62,908 nucleotides of DNA from Christensenellaceae bacterium (GTDB lineage: Bacteria; Bacillota; Clostridia; Christensenellales; CAAEEZ01): contig JAHHUG010000001.1 in the NCBI GenBank assembly GCA_020024085.1, positions 1 through 62,908 of the forward strand, written 5' to 3'. Below, piece after piece: positions 57,357 to 62,908 of the stretch; position 1 is the stretch's first letter; the number at the start of each line of letters is the position of its first letter. The position numbers were made by a program, and so were the translations under genes. The notes under the pieces are model-generated. The model saw nothing but the letters and a program-made list of their open reading frames with translations. It did not search any database and had not been told where the DNA came from.

Positions 57357-59804
57357 GTGAAAAAGAAAAAAGTAGTTGAAAAAGAGAATATTGAAAGGAT
57401 TGATACGGATATAACTAAAGGTCTTTCTAATTCGGAAATTGAAGAACGAACTAGCAAAGGCTATATTAACTCTGCACCAAAAAATGCATCAAAAAGTTAC
57501 CTTAGTATCATTAGAACAAATGTAATTACACTATTCAATGGTATCAACTTGTTGCTTGGTATCTTGGTGCTTGTGTATGGCGACTTGAAAAATGCACTAT
57601 TTTTGGGCATTGTAACTGTCAATGTAATTATTGGTATTATTCAAGAGATTAGGTCAAAAAAAGCCGTTGAAAAGTTGTCTCTTTTAACTGAACCAAAGGT
57701 TAAGGTTATTAGAAATAGCATAGAACAGGAGATTGATATTCATACTCTTGTTATTGATGATATAATGGTACTTAAGGCTGGCAATCAAATACCTTCCGAT
57801 AGTATTGTTGCCGATGGTGAACTTTTTGTAAACGAGTCACTTCTTACTGGCGAACAAGATGCAGTTAAAAAGCAAGTGGGAGATACTTTATTTTCTGGTA
57901 GCTTTGTTGTATCAGGTACTTGTAGAGCAAGGGTTGATAAGGTCGGCGAGGACAACTATTCAAGCAAAATTGTAAGTTCTGCTAAAAAGTACAAAAAGCC
58001 TAATTCAGAGCTTATGAGGGGTATTCAATGGATTATCCGTACTGTTACATTCCTTATCTTGATTGTAGGTCCATTAGTATTTTGGAACAATGCAAAAAAC
58101 CTTGATTCTATGAAAAATATCGTAGAAACCTCTGTTGCATCAATTATCGGTATGATTCCAGAGGGCTTGGTATTACTTACCAGTATGGCACTTGCTGTTG
58201 GTGTAATAAGGCTTTCAAAAAAGAATACACTTGTTCAGGAACTATATTGTATTGAAACTCTAGCAAGGGTTGATATGTTATGTTTGGATAAAACAGGTAC
58301 TATCACAGAGGGTACAATGCAAGTTGAAGATACTATCAAGTTGCATCGAACAAAAGATGATGTCAACAACATAATAGGTAATATGGTAGATGCCCTTGAT
58401 GATAATAATGCTACATTTATGGCACTTAAGGAGAAGTTCTATTCTACCGAAAAAATGAATTTTACCGATAAAATGCCTTTTAATAGTACTCGTAAGATGA
58501 GTGCAGTTAGGTTTGACGACGGATTTACCTATATTTTAGGTGCACCAGAGTTTGTGCTTAAGGGTAGAATGAGTGAAGTAGAAGATATCGTAAGTGAGAA
58601 TGCTAAAAAGGGTTATCGTGTACTTTTATTTGCAAAAACTCCCGAGGAGATATCGGAAAACGACTTCAATATTAAAAAGATTAAGACAATTGCAGTAATT
58701 GTAATTAGTGATAAAATTAGAGAAAATGCAGCAGATACACTTGCATACTTTGCAAAGCAAGGTGTAAATATCAAAATTATTTCAGGTGATAATCCTGTTA
58801 CTGTTTCAAAAATTGCAGAAAGGGTTGGACTAAAGGGTGCAGAAAAGTATGTTGACGCAAGCACACTTATCACCGATGAGCAAATATTTGATGCTGTAAA
58901 AAAATATACTGTTTTTGGTAGAGTTACTCCACCTCAAAAAAAGCAGATTGTAAAAGCTCTTAAACTACAAGGTCACACTGTCGGTATGACAGGTGATGGT
59001 GTAAATGATGTTATGGCTCTTAAGGAGTCGGATTGTTCTATTGCTATGGCATCGGGTTCTGATGCAGCAAGAAATAGCTCTCAACTTGTACTGCTTGACA
59101 ATAACTTTGGTTCTTTACCATATGTAGTTGCAGAGGGTAGAAGGGTTGTAAATAATATTATCCGTGCAGCATCATTGTTCCTTGTAAAAACAACTTTCTC
59201 TATTTTGCTAGCAATTTGTATGATTGTAATGGATATTAAAACTCCATTCAAACCTATCCACTTAACATTTATTAGTTCGGTGCTTGTAGGTTTCCCATCA
59301 TTCTTCTTAGCAATAGAGCCAAACAATACAAAAATATCCGGTTCGTTCCTATCCAAAGTCGCAAAGAACTCTTTGCCTGCCGGTATTACCATTACAATAA
59401 TGATTGTGCTTGCACATATTCTTGCACCAGAACTTGTTGAGACAGGACAAATTACAACACTTAGCTTATATACCTATGCTTTAATGCAATTCTTTGTACT
59501 ATACACAACCTGTAAACCACTTGACATTAAAAGAGGTAGTTTATTTGGATTCTGTACAATTGTATTTTTCATAGTTGTATTATTTATGCCTAACTTTATT
59601 GAGATAGTTGAAATACCAGAAGATACATTATTGTTGTTTTTAGTATTTATTGTAATGCTTTATCCAACAGTAAAAATTATTACACTTGCTGTTTCGCTAC
59701 TTATTAACTTTATGGGCATATTGCAAAAGAAGTTGAAGGCTAATAAACAACTTAAGAATTTGGCAAAACCTCTTCTTTCAAAAAAGGAGGCACAAAATGG
59801 TTAA
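57357..59804 (+). CDS. cation-translocating P-type ATPase (P2-like, PEGL motif)
   Basis: TGE-type actuator region (LTGEQD), PEGL in TM4, the phosphorylation site DKTGTIT, and the hinge TGDGVNDV. The GTG start is uncertain. Confidence 0.85.
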   Translation: MKKKKVVEKENIERIDTDITKGLSNSEIEERTSKGYINSAPKNASKSYLSIIRTNVITLFNGINLLLGILVLVYGDLKNALFLGIVTVNVIIGIIQEIRSKKAVEKLSLLTEPKVKVIRNSIEQEIDIHTLVIDDIMVLKAGNQIPSDSIVADGELFVNESLLTGEQDAVKKQVGDTLFSGSFVVSGTCRARVDKVGEDNYSSKIVSSAKKYKKPNSELMRGIQWIIRTVTFLILIVGPLVFWNNAKNLDSMKNIVETSVASIIGMIPEGLVLLTSMALAVGVIRLSKKNTLVQELYCIETLARVDMLCLDKTGTITEGTMQVEDTIKLHRTKDDVNNIIGNMVDALDDNNATFMALKEKFYSTEKMNFTDKMPFNSTRKMSAVRFDDGFTYILGAPEFVLKGRMSEVEDIVSENAKKGYRVLLFAKTPEEISENDFNIKKIKTIAVIVISDKIRENAADTLAYFAKQGVNIKIISGDNPVTVSKIAERVGLKGAEKYVDASTLITDEQIFDAVKKYTVFGRVTPPQKKQIVKALKLQGHTVGMTGDGVNDVMALKESDCSIAMASGSDAARNSSQLVLLDNNFGSLPYVVAEGRRVVNNIIRAASLFLVKTTFSILLAICMIVMDIKTPFKPIHLTFISSVLVGFPSFFLAIEPNNTKISGSFLSKVAKNSLPAGITITIMIVLAHILAPELVETGQITTLSLYTYALMQFFVLYTTCKPLDIKRGSLFGFCTIVFFIVVLFMPNFIEIVEIPEDTLLLFLVFIVMLYPTVKIITLAVSLLINFMGILQKKLKANKQLKNLAKPLLSKKEAQNG

Positions 59805-60456
59805 AGCAAGGATAAAAAATGTTTATAGCAGTTTTGTAAAGGGCAACTTACTTATTATGTTCAGTTCCCTTGGTTTTACTAGCTTTTTGTCACTGATTGT
59901 TCTGCTTGCAATAGGTGTTGTGTATTACCTTGCTTTACAGGAGTTTTGGGCATTAATTATATTTGGTGTAATTACTGTTGGTTTTATTATACTTTGTTTA
60001 TTGCACTATATGAGTATTCCTATCCTTGCAAGAAACGATGAATATTTTGGTGGTCTAGCTACTATGGATATATCAGTTAAGGAAGAGTCTGGGCTATATA
60101 TCGAGGGTTTTGATAGTAATGGTAACAATGTTCGTACATTTACTGTTTATTGGGACGATATCAACAAGGTTACTTACCTAAAGAATTATTTTGCTATTCA
60201 ATGTTATGGCAATGAAATGATATTTATTGAAAACAAAAAGGTTCAATATATTGAGGGCAATGCAAAAACCCTTGAATACTTTTTGAGAAAAAATATTGAC
60301 CGTAGACCTATTAAAATTAAAGAGACAAAAATCAAAATTAAACTCGCTATCAAAAAAATTAAAAGAGTAGGCTTAAAGCAATATTTGAATGACAACAAGC
60401 AACTTAGAAAAGAAAAAAGATTAGCAATAAGTAATAGTTTGAAAATAAAAAAGTAA
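59797..60456 (+). CDS. hypothetical membrane protein (two TM helices plus a soluble domain, YcxB-like layout) with a Lys-rich tail
   Basis: The start ATG overlaps the ATPase stop (ATGGTTAA), suggesting translational coupling. I do not recognise a firm family. Confidence 0.45.
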   Translation: MVKARIKNVYSSFVKGNLLIMFSSLGFTSFLSLIVLLAIGVVYYLALQEFWALIIFGVITVGFIILCLLHYMSIPILARNDEYFGGLATMDISVKEESGLYIEGFDSNGNNVRTFTVYWDDINKVTYLKNYFAIQCYGNEMIFIENKKVQYIEGNAKTLEYFLRKNIDRRPIKIKETKIKIKLAIKKIKRVGLKQYLNDNKQLRKEKRLAISNSLKIKK

Positions 60457-60513
60457 TTGAGAAAAGGTTAATACTAGCAATTAGTAAAAAAATAAATTAA
60501 AAGAGGCTATATT

Positions 60514-61206
60514 ATGAAAGAATACGGTTCTAGTATTACATTTTGGGACAAAATGAATACTGAAGAAAGGGAAATGTTTATCGACAACACTAATGAATTT
60601 AGAAATTTGATGATGTTATATACATGTGCCTTAAAAGAAATTACTACAAAATTTGAAGTACTTGATGAGGAATTTTCAGTAAGGTTCAATAGAAACCCTG
60701 TTGAAGAAATTAAGTCAAGGTTGAAGTCGCCAAACAGCATCTTTGATAAACTTAAAAGGAAGGGTTTGCCTATCACCGTACAAGCTGTTAGAGATAATTT
60801 GTTCGATGTGGCTGGTGTAAGGATAATTTGTTCGTTCCCAGAGGATATTTACAATCTTGCAGATATGCTTACTCGCCAAGACGACATTAAACTAATTAGA
60901 ACAAAGGACTATATTGCTAATCCAAAGGAAAATGGATATAGAAGTTTACACTTGATTGTTCAAGTTCCTATCTTTTTGAGTGATAGGACAGAATATATGA
61001 ATGTAGAGGTTCAACTACGAACCATCGCAATGGACTTTTGGGCAAGTATTGAACACAAAGTTCGTTACAAAAAAGATATCAAAAATACCGAAATTGTATC
61101 ATCTGGATTAAAGGAATGTGCAGATATTATTAGCAATTTGGATATTTATATGCAAAATATTCACCATTACATAGATGAGGAAAATGGTGAGGGGAATAAG
61201 GATTAA
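60514..61206 (+). CDS. small alarmone synthetase (RelQ/RelP-type GTP pyrophosphokinase)
   Basis: 230-aa RelA/SpoT synthetase-only domain (GYRSLHLIVQV, VEVQLRTIAMDFWASIEHK). Confidence 0.85.
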   Translation: MKEYGSSITFWDKMNTEEREMFIDNTNEFRNLMMLYTCALKEITTKFEVLDEEFSVRFNRNPVEEIKSRLKSPNSIFDKLKRKGLPITVQAVRDNLFDVAGVRIICSFPEDIYNLADMLTRQDDIKLIRTKDYIANPKENGYRSLHLIVQVPIFLSDRTEYMNVEVQLRTIAMDFWASIEHKVRYKKDIKNTEIVSSGLKECADIISNLDIYMQNIHHYIDEENGEGNKD

Positions 61207-61290
61207 CGATATAATCGAATATATAATATATTAATAACATTGTATTTTAATTTATATACAATATTTTAATCAAAAATATCGCTTTTATGC

Positions 61291-61318
61291 TTGACAAATA
61301 TTTTATATATGTTAGAAT
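61291..61318 (+). promoter_or_regulatory. sigma-A-type promoter driving the purine riboswitch
   Basis: TTGACA (61291-61296), 16-nt spacer, extended -10 TGtTAGAAT (61310-61318). Confidence 0.65.
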
Positions 61319-61328
61319 TTACAAGGAT

Positions 61329-61404
61329 TACATATAAGCTTATATAATGCATAAGCGTTTCTACCAACTTGCTAAAGTTGACTATGTACCCGATGGTATA
61401 AGTC
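61329..61404 (+). promoter_or_regulatory. purine riboswitch, guanine class (C at the specificity position), with an overlapping hairpin + U-tract expression platform
   Basis: P1 TACATA / TATGTA. J1/2 TAA. P2 GCTTAT / ATAAGC with loop ATAATGC. J2/3 GTTTCTAC(C). P3 CAAC(TT) / (AA)GTTG around GCTA. J3/1 ACT. This matches the B. subtilis xpt pattern CAUAUAA...GUUUCUACC...GACUAUG as I recall it. The hairpin GACT(A)TGTACC-CGAT-GGTATAAGTC (61380-61404) followed by TTTT reuses the 3' strand of P1. Confidence 0.8.
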
Positions 61405-61446
61405 TTTTAGTAAGTTTTTTAAATTTTAAAGTAAAAAGGAGTAACT

Positions 61447-62835
61447 ATGTACGATATTATCATAGTTGGAGCAGGTCCAGCAGGTATATTTACAGCATTA
61501 GAGCTTGTAAGACAAAAGAGAAATAAAAAAATATTAATTATTGAAAAAGGCAGACCTATTGAAAAACGAGCTTGCCCTAAAAACAAAACAAAAAAATGTG
61601 TTAATTGCAAACCTTATTGCAATATTACAACAGGTTTTTCAGGTGCAGGTGCTTTCTCTGATGGTAAACTATCTCTAAGCTATGAGGTTGGTGGCGACCT
61701 TCCTGAACTTATCGGTAGAGATGCTGCTGAACAATTAATTGAATATACTGATAAAATTTATCTTGAGTTTGGTGCTGATAGCAAGGTTGAGGGTGTCGGC
61801 AACGAAGAAAAAGTTAAGGATATTCGTAGAAAAGCTATTAAGGCTGGTCTAAAACTTGTTGATTGTCCTATTCGTCATTTAGGTACAGAGAAAGCTCAAG
61901 AAATTTACTTTAAGATAGAACAATATTTGCTTGAAAATGGTGTAGACATCGAGTTTCTTACAAATGTTGATAATATTATCCTTGATGGCGAAGAGTGTAA
62001 AGGTGTTATCACAAGCAATACTAAAGGCGAAGTTAATACAATTTACGGAAAAAAAGTAGTTATCGCTACCGGTCGTCGTGGTGCTGATTGGCTAGAGAAA
62101 ATCTGCGAGGAGCACAATATTTTGCACGAGGCTGGTGTAGTTGATATCGGTGTTAGAGTTGAGTGCCGTAACGAGATTATGGAAGATGTAAACAATGTTC
62201 TTTACGAGTCAAAGTTAATCGGTTACCCAGACCCATTCAAAAATAAGGTTCGTACTTTCTGTCAAAATCCAGGTGGTTTTGTTAGTCAAGAAAACTACGA
62301 CAACGACCTTGCTGTTGTAAATGGTCACTCTTATAAGGATTTGAAATCTAACAACACAAACCTTTCTATTTTGTGTTCTGCAAAATTCCAAGACCCATTC
62401 AATCAACCTATTGAGTATGCTCAAAAGGTTGGCGAGCTTACAAATATGCTTGGTAATGGTCATGTACTTGTTCAAAGATATGGCGATATCCTTGATGGCA
62501 AAAGGACTTGGCAACACGAACTTGATAGAAGCAATGTTCGCCCAACCCTTGTAGATGCTGTTGCTGGCGATATTACATCTGCTATGCCTTATAGACCAAT
62601 GCTTTCAATCATTAACTTTATCAAGGCAGTCGACTATGTTGTACCAGGTTTTGCAAGTCAAGAAACATTGTTGTATTCACCAGAACTTAAGTTCTATTCA
62701 AATAAAATCAAGATGGACAAAAATCTTGATACAAACATCAAAAACTTACATTGCTTAGGCGATAGCTCAGGCTGGACAAGAGGTCTTATGATGGCTTCTA
62801 TTATGGGTGTTTTGATGGCACATAAAATTGATTAA
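61447..62835 (+). CDS. uncharacterised NAD(P)/FAD-dependent oxidoreductase (COG2509-like)
   Basis: 462 aa with an N-terminal dinucleotide-binding motif (DIIIVGAGPAGIFTALEL), a Cys-rich insert (CPKNKTKKCVNCKPYC) and a C-terminal GDSSGWTRG. Specific function unknown. Confidence 0.7.
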   Translation: MYDIIIVGAGPAGIFTALELVRQKRNKKILIIEKGRPIEKRACPKNKTKKCVNCKPYCNITTGFSGAGAFSDGKLSLSYEVGGDLPELIGRDAAEQLIEYTDKIYLEFGADSKVEGVGNEEKVKDIRRKAIKAGLKLVDCPIRHLGTEKAQEIYFKIEQYLLENGVDIEFLTNVDNIILDGEECKGVITSNTKGEVNTIYGKKVVIATGRRGADWLEKICEEHNILHEAGVVDIGVRVECRNEIMEDVNNVLYESKLIGYPDPFKNKVRTFCQNPGGFVSQENYDNDLAVVNGHSYKDLKSNNTNLSILCSAKFQDPFNQPIEYAQKVGELTNMLGNGHVLVQRYGDILDGKRTWQHELDRSNVRPTLVDAVAGDITSAMPYRPMLSIINFIKAVDYVVPGFASQETLLYSPELKFYSNKIKMDKNLDTNIKNLHCLGDSSGWTRGLMMASIMGVLMAHKID

Positions 62836-62866
62836 TTCCTAGTAAAATAAAATAAACATTAAAAAG

Positions 62867-62897
62867 TAAATTCGCATTTAGGCGAATTTATTTTTTT
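62867..62897 (+). terminator. intrinsic terminator after the oxidoreductase gene
   Basis: TAAATTCGC / GCGAATTTA stem with a 6-nt loop, followed by a T7 run. Confidence 0.8.
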
Positions 62898-62908
62898 GTG
62901 GTTGGCAA

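Noticed and set aside
61239-61268. Weak hairpin CATTGTAT...ATACAATA after the alarmone synthetase gene, as a possible terminator.
   Set aside because: The stem is only 7 bp and all A-T/G-C poor, with a 10-nt loop and a broken U tract. It is plausible but not convincing.

Overview
AT-rich, low-GC Firmicutes-type (Clostridia-like anaerobe) chromosomal core region. I call about 50 protein genes, most on the + strand, in standard code 11 (TGA is used as a stop, e.g. purM). I found no rRNA, tRNA, CRISPR array, transposase, integrase or obvious defence genes. Content is mainly housekeeping: pgsA, valS, pflBA, birA, divergent purC and purEFMNHDL, lipid genes (a GT4 glycosyltransferase and acyltransferases), a stand-alone trpB, an amino-acid ABC transporter, typA, a DEAD-box helicase, deoC-deoB-aroK, a GH2 glycosidase, a P-type ATPase and a small alarmone synthetase. 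The notable layer is cis-regulatory RNA. Three leaders are recognisable by eye: a ZTP (pfl-motif) riboswitch before pflB, a Trp-specifier T-box before trpB, and a compact guanine-class purine riboswitch before an uncharacterised FAD-dependent oxidoreductase. A fourth long leader, a terminator-type attenuator before the pur operon, I cannot assign to any class. Other points: a 15-nt motif shared in inverted orientation by the divergent purC and purE promoters; a 43-codon sORF candidate behind a near-consensus promoter; two phased tandem repeat arrays (3 x 26 bp and 3 x 22 bp); a degenerate orphan ABC-type ATPase; and an insertion in an ABC ATPase. I do not see a convincing novel multi-gene system. 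The best leads are single loci and regulatory elements, and every family assignment is from motif recognition by eye, not a database search.
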